A stretch of DNA of 64,000 bases from Azolla caroliniana (lineage: Eukaryota; Plantae; Polypodiophyta), in contig JBHGNT010000022.1 in the NCBI GenBank assembly GCA_043228905.1, positions 5,394,001 through 5,458,000 of the forward strand, written 5' to 3'. The notes under the pieces were generated by a model that saw nothing but the letters and a program-made list of their open reading frames with translations, was not told where the DNA came from and ran no database searches. Positions within the stretch are counted from its first letter, which is position 1; each line of letters begins with the position of its first letter. This document shows, one piece after another, positions 37,936-50,208 of this stretch. The translations under genes and the position numbers were made by a program.

Positions 37936-40905
37936 TGTTGAGGGACAAGCTCAACATTCGGTGCGTAATTGGGTGTGTAACCCAGTGCATAAACTGGGTG
38001 CGTAGAACCGTGCGCACAATAGGCCGTAGTGGTGTGTAAACCCTGAGGCCGTTGGAAAGATATTCCTTGAAAGGAATAATTTTGGGAGTGAGTGTAGCTG
38101 CTCATTTATGAGTGTCAAGTACTGTCAGTACTTGTGTCAGCCCGATTGTCAGGGCTTGTATATAAGGTGCTCACTGAGCACGAAGTTGAATCTGAGTTTT
38201 CTGTTGTCTGCTCTCTCTCTCTCTCTCTCTCCCTCTCCCTCTCCATCTCTGCGTTTTCTGTGTTTTACCGAATTGTGTACTCTGTGTTTACGCACACACT
38301 TCCGCAAAACATAGTCTTTTACATGGTATCAGAGCGTAAGGGTTGAAGTCCTCTGTAGTTGACAAGAAAAGTTTGTGACGAAACAAAGTTGAAGTTGTTC
38401 GCTTTCGGAGAAGAAAAAGACAGTACTATGGACAGTGGAATGGGAAGCTCACTTCCGACTGAAAAGCTTGACAGAAGAAACTACACATCTTGGTCTTACA
38501 AGATGCACTAGTACCTACTCGGCCATAGCTACTAGTGTTATGTTGAAGGAGCAAACGATGTGGCACCCAATTTGACACACAAGGACTATCCAGCTTGGGA
38601 ACAAGCGGCAAGTAGAGTGTTATACTACTTCGCGTCCTGTGTGAGTGATCAGCTTTTGAGCTATATTCGGGATGCCAAGATGTCGAAGGACGCGTGGGTG
38701 AATCTTAAAAGGATTTTTTCCACCAACACTAAGGCTAGAAAGCTGCAGCTTAGACAGGAGCTCAGCAATGTACAACAAAGAGATATGTTGGTAGTTGATT
38801 ACACCACCAAGATCAAAGAAATCTGCGACTCTCTCGCCTCCGTCAAAGTGAACGTCAAGGAAGATGAAATGGTGCAGGTTTGTCTTGGTAGCTTGGCGTC
38901 AAAGTTCGGACCTTTCCGAACGGCAGTCTGCAAGAGGGAGATTACGCCTTCATTTTTCGAGCTTTAGTCAATGTTGCTTGTAGAAGAAAACCATGCAGGT
39001 GCGTCGACGAGTGCGCACGCCGATGGCAAGATGCTTTACATGGAGGATGATAGGCCCCGTGGTCGTGGTGGACGAGGCGGATTGGCGCACAATGGAGGTG
39101 GACGAAAAGAGCAGAATGTACGGCATAATCAAGATGCCGGAAGCAATTCCAAACCCTCCGCAAGCAGGAGGAGTCACGGCGGCACCGGAAGACGACAAGA
39201 GAAGATCGTGCCGGATTGTTGGTATTGTGGCAAGAAAAGCCACAAGGAGAGCGAGTGCTAGAAAAAGCGAGCCGATTTGGACAAAGCAGGATCGAGACGA
39301 AGAGACGCAGAGAGGCGTCAGAGATCACACTACGCAGAAGGCTCTAAACAAGTTGGAAACAAATCGGGCCTAGCCGACGTGGCTGAGAGGAACCTCGCCG
39401 ACATGTTCGATGGTATGCGGACTGTCGTTTCCCGTTTCCACCACTCCTTGTGATTCCGGTTTCTCCAAGTACGAGAACCATTCCTCGTAACTCATCATAT
39501 GATTTGACGCTCCGGAATCAACATACCACACCTCGCTTGATTTCGAGGTGTTCACGGCCATAGAATTGGCCTTATGCTTCATTTCCTCGACACCAATCAA
39601 GCAGGAACCGTGTTGTACGCAAAAGGACAAAAGGTCAAATCGGATATCAACCTGTGGCACAAGTGGTTCAGCTATGTAAATTTCCCACAACTTCGTGAAG
39701 TGCAAACGAAGAACATTGTTTTCAGGTTGCCGAAATTTCATGGCCGGAATGGCCAAGTCTGCGAAGCCTGTCAAATGGGAAAACAACACCGACTTCCATT
39801 CCCCAATGAGCATAATCGTAGTCGAAGTCCGCTGGATTTGATCCATTCGAATGAGTGGGGTCCAACACAGAACGCGAGTCTCGGTGGAAGCCGTTGCTTT
39901 GTAACCTTCATCGATGACTTCACTCGACACACGTGGGCATGCATGATTGAGAAGAAGAGCGAAGTCTTCGCATGTTTCCTGAAGGTGAAGAGCCTTGCGG
40001 AAAGGGAAACGAGGCGTAAGATCAAATGCCTACGGTCCGATGGCGGGAAGGAGTACTTCTCCGATTAGTTCACAAGTTATCTACAGAAGGAGGGAATTCA
40101 CCGTGAATTCTCATGTAGATATACGCCAGAGTAGAACGGCGTAGCTGAGCGGAAGAATTGGACGATTGAAGAAGCAACCAGGGCAATGCTTGAAAAGAAG
40201 CATATGCCGAAATTCTATTGGGCCGAAGCTGTGAAGACGGCCTTCTACCTAGTCGTGACGATTACTCGGCTGGACCTTAGCTACCCGGTCGGCTTAATCA
40301 GTCAATTCATGTCGCAGCCTACGGCCGAACACTTTCAGTGCACGCAACGGATACTGCGTTATGTCAACGGCACGAAAGACATGGCGTTGTTTTATCGGGC
40401 AGGCATACCCAAACAGTTAGTCGGCTACACGGATGCCGATTGGGCCGGAAACGCCCACGATTGTCGATCCACAGCTCGATACGCATTCTCATTGGGAAGT
40501 GCAGCAATCACATGGATTAGCAAGAAGCAGCCGACAGTAGCACTGTCGAGAACGGAGGCCGAATATTGAGGGGCCAGTGTCGCTACGTGCGAAGTCATTT
40601 GGCTGAAACAGCTATTACGGGATCTGCAGGTAGAGGTGTCTGATCCGACGACAATCCATTGTGACAACCTTAGCAGTATCCACCTTGCCAAAAACCCTGT
40701 GTTCCACGCCCGGACCAAGCACATTGAGGTGCATTACCATTTTATCCGCGAGCGGGTCCTTTCAGGTGAAGTCGAACTGGTGCATGTTCCGATTGGTCGA
40801 CAGGTTGCCGACATCTTCACCAAGCCTCTTGGTCTCGACAAGTTATGGCATTTCTCGGGTGAGCTTGGGTTGCATCACCTCAACACGACAAACTTGAGGG
40901 GGAGA
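37936..40905 (+). mobile_element. Ty1/copia element H, internally deleted and inverted, 3' LTR missing
   Basis: 5' LTR 37936-38323, PBS TGGTATCAGAGC 38324-38335, gag from 38428, inverted protease 39372-39583, integrase jumps to RT C-terminus near 40250, RH HARTKHIEVHYHF. Confidence 0.88.
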
Positions 40906-43772
40906 AAGGAAGAACAGGGACAAGAGCGTGAAAGGAGAGTGAAAGGAGCTAGGACTCATATTTATAGCGAGACCCAAGGCCCCCAGGCAAGTTCACACTT
41001 GGCCTAATAGGTTGTGTCAATCTCGAGGATTAAAAGCAATCCAGCCTTCTTTACACTCTCGTTTAACCCTCACACTTATCCACGTGTATAGAATACTACT
41101 GTAAATTCTCAACACGAGATATTATATGGTCATGCCCATAACAGGTAGGCCATTAGAGGCCTACGAATCTAGCCTAGTACGTTGTCATGGAGAAACCCGT
41201 CCCTAGGCGGAATTGGTGGATGATATGCGCGAATCGGCCCTTACACACGGGCACATGTTTTGATATATTTATATACATAGTTAAGTACAGGCCGTCGATG
41301 TAATTATCCTAGGTAGCACTAGTTCATTAAGCAGGGAATCGAAGAGAATAACGAGGGTTTAACAGTCTGTAAACGTCTCTCTCTCCTTGTGCTATAAATG
41401 GAGAGGAAAATGGTTGAGTAGGGATCGCGCATTTTGAGAGAATGAAGTGTTGTCGGATTGGGAACCGAGCTCTCTCCTCCACCACAGTTGTTGTAGGGAT
41501 TGTTGGGTTAGGTTGGCTGCCTCTGTTGCGTGAAAGCCCGAGTGCTTCCGGTAGAGGCTCCACCATGTATTTCAGTGCGTGTTGAGTTTGTCACCGGCTT
41601 GCCGGTTGTAACATTGCAAGTTGTAATCTATATTGTTATTGGAATTGATTCTTTCTTTTCTATCTCTTTGTGTTCCTACGAATCTCTCTTCCTCTTATCT
41701 CTCACGCTACTCGGTTCAGGGGCCCCATGGTCCCGCCTTATTTCATACGCGTGAGTGTAACAACACGACATATTTGGTGAACCCAACATAAATTAAGGCA
41801 ACAGAGGAATAAAAAATGAGGGGATTAGAGCTCGCCGAAGCCATGGCGGTAGCAGTCGATCGGATAGTAAGGGCTCGCAAGGGCACGGGCGCCCTCGACA
41901 AGGCCATCGAAGCAATCGTCGGCACAATAGGCCGGTTCGATGGGAAGGACGCCACGAGTTATTTGGTGGCATACCTGGCCGAGATGGTGATGAGGGACAT
42001 CCCGGAAGAAAGGCGTCTAGCCGGGTTCCCTCGGGTAGCGACACCAGGAATCCACGCAGAGGTGCTCGGGGTGCAGGCTGGATGCCAGACCTGGGGAGAA
42101 TTTGAAACGCAATTCCTCGAGCGGTACGGGTTTCATGACACTCCTCGGTTATCTAGGCGGGACTTTCCGGATTGGGTAGAGACCCCAGGAAAGGGGAGGA
42201 ATGCGTCAGCGCTCCTCCGGGAGTTCGAGGAATGCTTTGCACGACTTTCGGTGCTAGATAGGACCGTACTAGACACGAGCCATATCCTTTTATTCGTCAA
42301 AGTTGTGGACGTGCGGGATCGGGAGCAAGTGGGTCTCCTGTTGGAGATGGACAATGGGCTAACGGTCGACTAGGTCATGGTAAAGGGGGTCTACGGCCGT
42401 TTCGACAAACAGCGTGAGCGGGACGACAAGGGGTCGTTGGGGGCAGGAAGGGTTGCGGCAAGAAACCTCAAGGGACCCCCGCCGGCGCGCAAGGAGGAAA
42501 CCCAAGGTTGGCTCGAGACAGGCTTGTCCGGCGTGGTCAAGGGCCTGTCCGACGGAGTGGCTCTGGAAGAGCTGACGCAGATGGTACGAGACCTTCAGAT
42601 TGCACAAGCAAGGAGGGATGGTGGCAAGCAACCTCGCGACCAAAGGCCTCCGAGTGGGCATCGGTGCTTGTGGTGTGACGCGGTCGGTCACGTCCGGAAG
42701 GACTGTGTGGACTTCGCAGAAGCAATAAGGGCTAATGTGGTGTACTTATAGAACGGGAGGGTGCACGCTAGCGAGACCTAGAGAGCCCTAGAGTTGAATA
42801 TCAAACGGGGAGGGATGAAAAGACTGATAGAAGAAGCGGCGGCTCGCCATGCGGAGACCATTGACTACTCGGCGTCGGTAGGAATCCGGGTTGAGAGTGA
42901 TGAAGGTCGGAAGACAAAAGACTCCGGGTTCTGGCCGGTAGTGCTAGAAGGCCTTGCCGGTGTGCGGTTGAGAAGGGAGGAAGTGGACCGTGCGGAAATA
43001 CGGGTCTGGGAGGTCATCGGGTGGAGCGATCCGGTCGAAGAAAATACCGTCTTCGTGGAAGCTGCGTGCCAGAACTACGAGGTTCTGGTAGAAGACAACC
43101 GTGCGGGAAAGGCCGGAGGGGCCGGACCCTCGTAGGGGTATGAGACCCGGTTCGGCCAAAGTAGAATGATGCCGGTGCTGCCGGTACACCAAATAAAGCA
43201 AAGAAAGCCGATTATCGGTTGAGCACCGAGATTGAAAGAACCACGGACCTACGGAAGGTCCTAGAAGAGCGGATTCTTGACAGCAAGGTTGAGTTGTCGG
43301 TACAGGAAGTGTTGGGGATCGCAAAGAAGGAATTCCATGATTCTATCATGCACTTGGTGAAGCGGAAATGGCTCTCGACGGAGCCAGAACCGGACAAGCT
43401 CATGGAGGTGCGGACGACACACCTAGAAGACACGGTCCTAGAGGACGAGTTGGCGGAAAGCTATTATTCGAAGTTACACTGGGCTAGGGCCACGATAGAG
43501 ACCCGTGTTCGGATCGACGATGTCCAGGAGCCGGTGGTGGCGTTAATAGACCACGGCTCGGAGATCAACCCGATGTCCATGGATTTCTACAAGAAGGGGA
43601 AGTGGCCAATCAACACCAAACACGGCTAGAAAATACACGCGGTGACACACGCTACAGAGGAAGTGCATGGGGCATGCCTGAATGTAAGCGTGAAGATTGG
43701 GGATGTCGAGATTGACCAACACTTCTTCGTCCAGGAGACATCCTCACACCCAGTGATTCTCGGTGAACCATA

Positions 43773-44229
43773 TGTTGTAGGTTTTAGGGTTAGGGTTAAT
43801 GGTAATGATGATTGGTGATGCAGATGGTGTGTTTGATGAGGATGATGAGCATTATGGGATTGATGGTGAGAGAGACGACAAGCATTGAGAAGCATTGTGG
43901 GGTGGGGGGTGGTGCCCAGAATGGCTCCACCCCCCTCCCAAGGGCGTTCAACGTTAAGGGGGAGGGAAGAGAGAGAGGGAGAGAGAGATGACAAGAGAGA
44001 GATTGAGAGAGAAATCTTCATTCATTCCCCATAAGGGGTTAAATAGGTACAAAAGGGTAGATACACAAGGGTGTAAGCCTCCTTGGCATTCACACCTAGT
44101 CACTCACTCACACCTGTTTGTATCCACCACACTCACACTTACATTCACACTCATAATCGTATAAGATTAGACATACATTACATCTTTCACCCTCACTTAT
44201 CAATCACTCGTACATCTTGTACGGTAACA
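43773..44229 (-). repeat. Solo LTR of an unrelated family inserted in the protease of I
   Basis: TGTT...AACA termini, perfect TSD CCATA (43768-72, 44230-34); the protease frame GEPY|ITAARME is interrupted exactly here. Strand inferred from a TATA-like ctatttaa on the minus strand. Confidence 0.88.
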
Positions 44230-45770
44230 CCATACATAACGGCGGCGCGCATGGAGACCAAAGTGCTTGACAATGGTTTGGCGTACGCGCGCGTCAAAAG
44301 CCAAGATGGACGTCGCTCAGTCCAATTCCTGACCATGCGGGTGAACCACAAGCGTAATCGCGAGATCCTCGGCACTGATAGCCGAGGGGATTTTTAGAGA
44401 GGGCTATCAATGCGTGGGGCTACGATAGTCTGGGCACCATGGAGAAACCCCACACGTGTACTATAGATAGGGAATTTTGGTTCTTTGACAACGGAGGCTG
44501 TACGATAACCGACATTAGCGGCCAAGAGAAGAAATGGGCAGAGGAACGTCTCAAGGCGTGCGGAGTCCTGGGCCCCGACGATGAGATTGGTGGAGCTGTG
44601 GAGGCGGTCTCTTTTGACGACACCTTGGTGGAATTAAAGAAGGTGTTCAAAGAAGGCCTCAGCGAAGACCAGACGATTCCAGTTAATTCAGAAAAGATGT
44701 ACAAAGTCATCGCCGACTTCGGGGAGAGGGTCGAGTCGGATCAGACGGCCCATGTGCATACGAAGTACAAGACTATGGACCGGAAGGTGAGGCTAGTCAC
44801 GGCACCCTTGCCAGAGGGTAGTGGGTTACGGATGAAAGGGGTCGCATCGGACCCAAGTCTACGGGATCCGACCGGCATAGGACACCGGTTCACCGACATA
44901 ACGCTACAGGAGCTCAAGGTTGATGGGGGTTGGCTTTCTACTGCCGGCGGAGGAGGAGTGGTTTCAGGGAATGCTCGGGAGGCACGGGAAGGCCTTCGCA
45001 TTCTCGTCGGAAGAGATCGGGTGCGTGGAACCGACGGTCGTTCAACCGATGGTTATCTTTACGGTACTGCATGTGTCGTGGAATCTCAAACTGATTCCAA
45101 TACCCAGAGCTCACATCCCGAAGCTGATGGAGCTGCTGAAGCAGAAGGTGGAGATGGGCATCATCGATTTGTCAAGTGCCCCATACTCGATCGGTGGTTT
45201 ACTGTGCCTAAGAAGAACGACACGTTGCGCTTTATTCAGGACTTGCAGTCGGTCAACAAGGTGACCATTCGGAACGCAGGGATCAAGCCGACCATTGACG
45301 AGTTCACGGAGGCCTTCACCAGAATGTCAATTTACTCGGTCAGAGATCTGTACTCAGGGTACGACCAATTCCAACTAGCTGTAGAAATCTAGGATATTAC
45401 GACAATGCGGCCTAGTGCGGATGTGTACCCTTCCGCAAGGAGGGACAAACTCGGTAGCGCACATGGTGAATGCGATGAATAAGGTGCTTAGAGACTGCAT
45501 CCCGGACATCACTATGCCATTTTTGGATGACATTCCGATCAAGGGATGTCCGGTGGAGGATAAGGACAAAACAGTCGAACTGGACTTTGGAGCATGCGGA
45601 GTCGGTCCGGAAAATGAAAGAAGCGCTTGTCGTGACACCAACACTCCGGAAAGAAGTCTACGACAAAAAGGTTCCAATTTATGTAACCGTAGACACACGC
45701 CCAACCGAATCGGGTGGGTGATCAATCAGGAGGATGAGACCGGCGGCCGGTTCCCGATCCGGTTCGGGGC

Positions 45771-46174
45771 GAAGGTATTGAGCGAGCGATAACTGGGATA
45801 CGCCCAAGTCAAGCACGAATTGTGGGATATCGTTTTGGCAGTTAAGGCCGACTAGGACTATCTAATCAAAATGGAAGTAATAATCGAGACGGGCTGCCTA
45901 CCAATTCTCGGTATGGTTTCCGGATGCGCAACTTCGGACTTGGCAATGCTCAGGTGGATCGCGTACATCAAGGAAGGTATTGAGCGAGCGATAACGAGGA
46001 TATGCCCAAGTCAAGCGCGAATTGTGGGGTATCGTTTTGGCAGTTAAGGCCGACTAGGACTATCTAATCAGAATGGAAGTAATAATCGAGACGGGCTGCC
46101 TACCAATTCTCGGTATGGTTTCCGGATGCGCGACTTCGGACTTGGCAATGCTCAGGTCGATCGCGTACATCAAG
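45771..46174 (+). repeat. 202-bp tandem duplication in the RNase H region of I
   Basis: gaaggtattgagcgagcgataac...gcgtacatcaag occurs at 45771 and again at 45973. Confidence 0.92.
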
Positions 46175-49100
46175 TCTCTAAATCTGGAGACACGACACAT
46201 CTCCGGTAAGGACAACACCATGGCTGATATGCTTTCAAGAGCACGGTTCGACGACGAAGACGGCATGGTTTTGGAGGATGAAGAAGTTGGTGAGGACTTC
46301 TTCGAGTCGTCTTACGCAGCGGCAAGGGCTGGGAGCAGTCTGGTGCTTAACGAGTTCGACGAGAGCAAGTATGAAGGGGAGTGGCTCTAGATTGGTGGGT
46401 TCCTGAAGACGATGATGCCGGGATCGGCGTGGACAAGGGAAGAGGCAACCGGATCCGGAAGAAACATACTGATTCTTCTTGCGGGACGGAAGCATATGGA
46501 AGTACACGAAGAAGCGAGACGGAGTCCCACTCCGGGTGGTGGCAAGGAAGGAAGAGCAGGAAGCATTGCTAACGGCGTACCACGAGAGTCCTTGGGCCGG
46601 ACACCGAGGGACATGGGCCATGTTCGAGAAGCTGAAGGAGAAGTACTGGTGGCCGGGACTATACCGAGACATGCATCGGTTCGTAACAACTTGCGAAAGT
46701 TGTCAGACGCATTCCATAGTCGACATCGGGACAAGCTGCACCCAACTTACCCGCCGACCGTCCACTTCAAATGGATGGTGGAGCTGGTGACGATGCCGAT
46801 GGGGGTAGGGCAAATGCGGTACCTGGTGCTAGCACGAGAAGATCTGACTAACCAGGTGGAGGGTTGAGCGTTACCGAACAAGACGACCACAGCTATGTGC
46901 CCGTTCCTAATCGAGGAGGTGGTGTGTCGGTACGGGTGCATTGGGAAGATCGTAGCGGACCATGGAGAACTGGATGCATAGAAGGCCGAAGAGCTGTTTG
47001 AATGGTTAGGGGTTAAACTCTCGCTCACTACGGCGTACAATCCGGAGGCAAACGGGAAGGTGGAACGCGGACACGGGCCAATCGTAAAGGCGTTGGTACG
47101 GGCATGCGGAGGCCATGTCGAGAATTGGTCGTGGCTCCTACCCTATGCACTATGGGTAGACCGGACCACAGATAGTTTGGTGACCGGGTACATGCTGGCT
47201 GAGCTGATGTATGGGTAGAAACCAATCATACCGGTGGAACGGACAATTTCCTCGTCGGTGGCGATAGATTGGAGGAACGATATGAGCCGGGAAGAGTTGT
47301 TGGCGGCACGTATGCGACAGCTTGAGCGAAGACCGGAGGACGTGGATCGGGCAAAGGCAAAGCTGAAAACGGCAAGAGAGAGGAACAAAGGCCGGTTCGA
47401 CCGGACACACCGGTTGCGGCCAAAGAAGATCGAAGAAGGGGACTAGGTGCTGGTGTACGACAACAACCTCGACTACCAGCACAAGATGACGCGCAAATCC
47501 GCGAGAAGGTGGTTCAGGCCCTACGCCGTAACAAGCGCGAACGACAATGGCACCTACCATCTTGCGGAGCTCAACGGGACATGCTTAACAGTACCAGTAG
47601 CCGGGAAGCGGATCAAGGCGTTCAAGAAGCGGCACCAGGACGAGCCGGACCCGGGGAGCGAGGACGACGATGATGACCAATTCGGAGCGGGTGGCAAACC
47701 GGAGAGCGGATGATAATCGTGGGCCGGTCTTCTCCGGCAGAAGTCTATTCTGGCGCATACCGGAAGATGCGTGGTTAGGTGGGGGCGGAGGTCACGGAGA
47801 AACCCGTCCCTAGGTGGAATCGGTGGATGATATGCGTGAACCGGCCCTTACAAACGGGCACATGTTTTGATATATTTATATACATAGTTAAGTACAGGTT
47901 GGCGATGTAATTATCCTAGGTAGCACTAGTTCATTAAGTAGGGAATCAAAGAGAATAACGAGGGTTTAACAGTCTGTAAACGTCTCTCTCTCCTTGTTGG
48001 GCTGAGTAGGGATCGCGCATTTTCAGAGAAAGAAGTGTTGTCGGACTGGGAACCGAGCTCTCTCCTCCACCACAGTTGTTGCAGGGATTGTTGGGTTAGG
48101 TTGGCTTCCTTTGTTGCATGAAAGCCCGAGTGCTTCCGGTAGAGGCTCCACCACGTATTTCAGTGCGTGTTGAGTCTGTCACCGGCTTGCCGGTTGTAAC
48201 ATTGCAAGTTGTAATCTATATTGTCATTGGAATTAATTCTTTCTTTGTTGTCTCTCTGTATTCCTGCGAATCTCTCTTCCTCTTATCTCTCACGGTCCTC
48301 GATTTAGGGCCCCCATGGTCCCGCCTTATTTCATATGCGTGAGCGTAACAACACGACAACGTAGGCATATTTTTGGGAGTTAGTGTCAGTTGCTCGTATG
48401 AGCATTGAAGTACTTGTAAGTACTTTTGTCAGTCCTTTTAAGGACTTGTATAAAAAGTGTTTTGTAAGACATTTGTATGTACAAAGGGTTCTTATTTTGA
48501 ATTGAGTTTATGCTTTCTACTCTCTCTGTCAGTCTTGTGTATTCTCTGTTCTTAAGCATCCATTAAATCTTCATTCTCTATTTTATTGTTGTAATCCGGC
48601 AGAGCCGGTTTGTCTACAAGATTCTGCACGCTATTCTTTACATGGTATCAAAGCACAAGTGTTGAGAACCTCTGTAGCCGACAAGCATTTTCTGAAGACA
48701 AACCCTAAGACCTGGTAAAGAACAGACAGAAGAAAAATATGGACAAAAGCATGGTGAGCTTGCTTCCTATAGAAAATCTCGACCGGAAAAACTATGTGTC
48801 CTGGTCATATTAAATGCATCAGTACCTACTAGGGCACAGATTCTAAAGCTACATGGGAGGACCAAATGAAGCAACGCCAGATTCGGCACACAAGGAAGTC
48901 TCAGTTTGGGAACAAGTAGCGAGCATAGTGTTGTATTCCCTCGCGTCTTGTGTGCACGACCATATGCTTGGCTACATCAGAGAAGCAAAGTGCCCAAAGG
49001 AGGTCTGGGAAAATCTCTGAAAGATTTTCGCTACAAGTACAACGGCCCGGAAGTTGTAACTCTAGCAAGAGCTGAAAACATTCAACAAAGGGACATGTCA

Positions 49101-50208
49101 GTCACCGACTACACCACCAAGATCAAGGAGATCTGTGACGTGCTCAGGTCCATCAACATGACGGTGGGCAAAGACCAGATGGTCCAGATCCGTCTCGGTG
49201 GTCTAGCACAATGGTACAGGCCAATCCGAAGGCCAATTTGCACCCAGGAGAAACCATCGTCCTTCTTGGACCTGCAATTGATTCTAATGGTCGAAGAAAA
49301 CCATTCGAGTGGGTCAACGACCACTCAATAGGACAACCGGATGTTGTACACGGAAGGAGATCGGACCCGTGGATGTGGAGGATGAGGTGGGTCGGCACGC
49401 AACAGAGGCGGACAACACCAGCATAACCGGAGGCACTGAAATAGTGCCGACAGCAGTTCTAGACCCTCCACAAGCAGGGGGAGTAAAAGTGGCGCCGTAA
49501 ACTAGCAATCAAAGACGGAAACGGAATGTTGGTATTATGGCAAGAAAGGCCATTGCCATGTGTATACAAAACCCAACAAGCTTTATGTTGATTCGAACCC
49601 ATGACTTGGTGTCATGTGTATACAAAACCCAATAAGCTTTATGGTGATTCGAACCCATGACCTCCTCAAAGAAAGCATACAACCCCATCCATTAGGATAC
49701 ATCATATTGTACATATTAAATAATAAATTCTATTATATGAATAGGAAATACATATAATAATATTATTGAAATATCGCCACCTTGCATAGGCTAACGCATG
49801 ATTGCCAAGGGGCATGCTTGCATGAATGCCAAGTGGCGATCATGCGTGCCTATAAGGTGGCGAGCATGCATGTATCCAAACCATGCTATATAAACATGTA
49901 TTTGACTATTGATGAACCATTCTAGTTCAACGCCAGTCTTCGGCATATTCTTGTAAACATTACTCTTGTTGTTAATAGATTATCAAATTCTTCTTATCTC
50001 TCTCATATCTTTCGCTTCTCATTATCTTCTTCATTTTAAAAATCGTTCCTAACTTTGGCCCTGATAGTTTGAACCAGAATCTTCCTCCCTTCTCTCTTTC
50101 TTCTTTGCTCTCTCTCTCTCTTTTTGTGTCTCTTTCACTCTCTTTCTCTTTCTCTTTCTTTTCCTTCCTTCCTTCTCCTTGAGAATCTTGCCAAACGCTA
50201 TCCTCTCC

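Larger units (their letters stand above)
41816..47713 (+). pseudogene. Element I gag-PR and RT-RH-INT
   Basis: CLWCDAVGHVRKDC, LIDHGSEIN, FLDDI, GHRG..KYWWPG..CESCQ; RT deletion near 45580. Confidence 0.9.
41183..48358 (+). mobile_element. Ty3/gypsy element I (tRNA-Trp primed lineage), full length but degenerate
   Basis: LTRs 41183-41770 and 47790-48358; PBS TGGTGAACCC at 41775; PPT before 47790; 4-bp TSD ACGT (41179-82, 48359-62); coding 41816-47713 homologous to F. Confidence 0.94.
41115..49553 (+). mobile_element. Ty1/copia element L (partial 5' LTR split by I, PBS, gag; cut by M)
   Basis: LTR sequence 48359-48642 resembles the H/K LTRs; PBS TGGTATCAAAGC 48643-48654; gag from 48739 to CWYYGKKGH at 49553. 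Left boundary uncertain. Confidence 0.7.

Noticed and set aside
37874-38335. Single LTR flanked by two opposite PBS (bidirectional element)
   Set aside because: Comparison with the K LTR shows H starts at 37936; the minus-strand PBS and 37888-37935 belong to a different element into which H inserted.
40930-41114. Remainder of G's 5' LTR (reverse TATA, ends CTCAACA)
   Set aside because: Plausible, but there is no second LTR copy or TSD in the window to confirm it.
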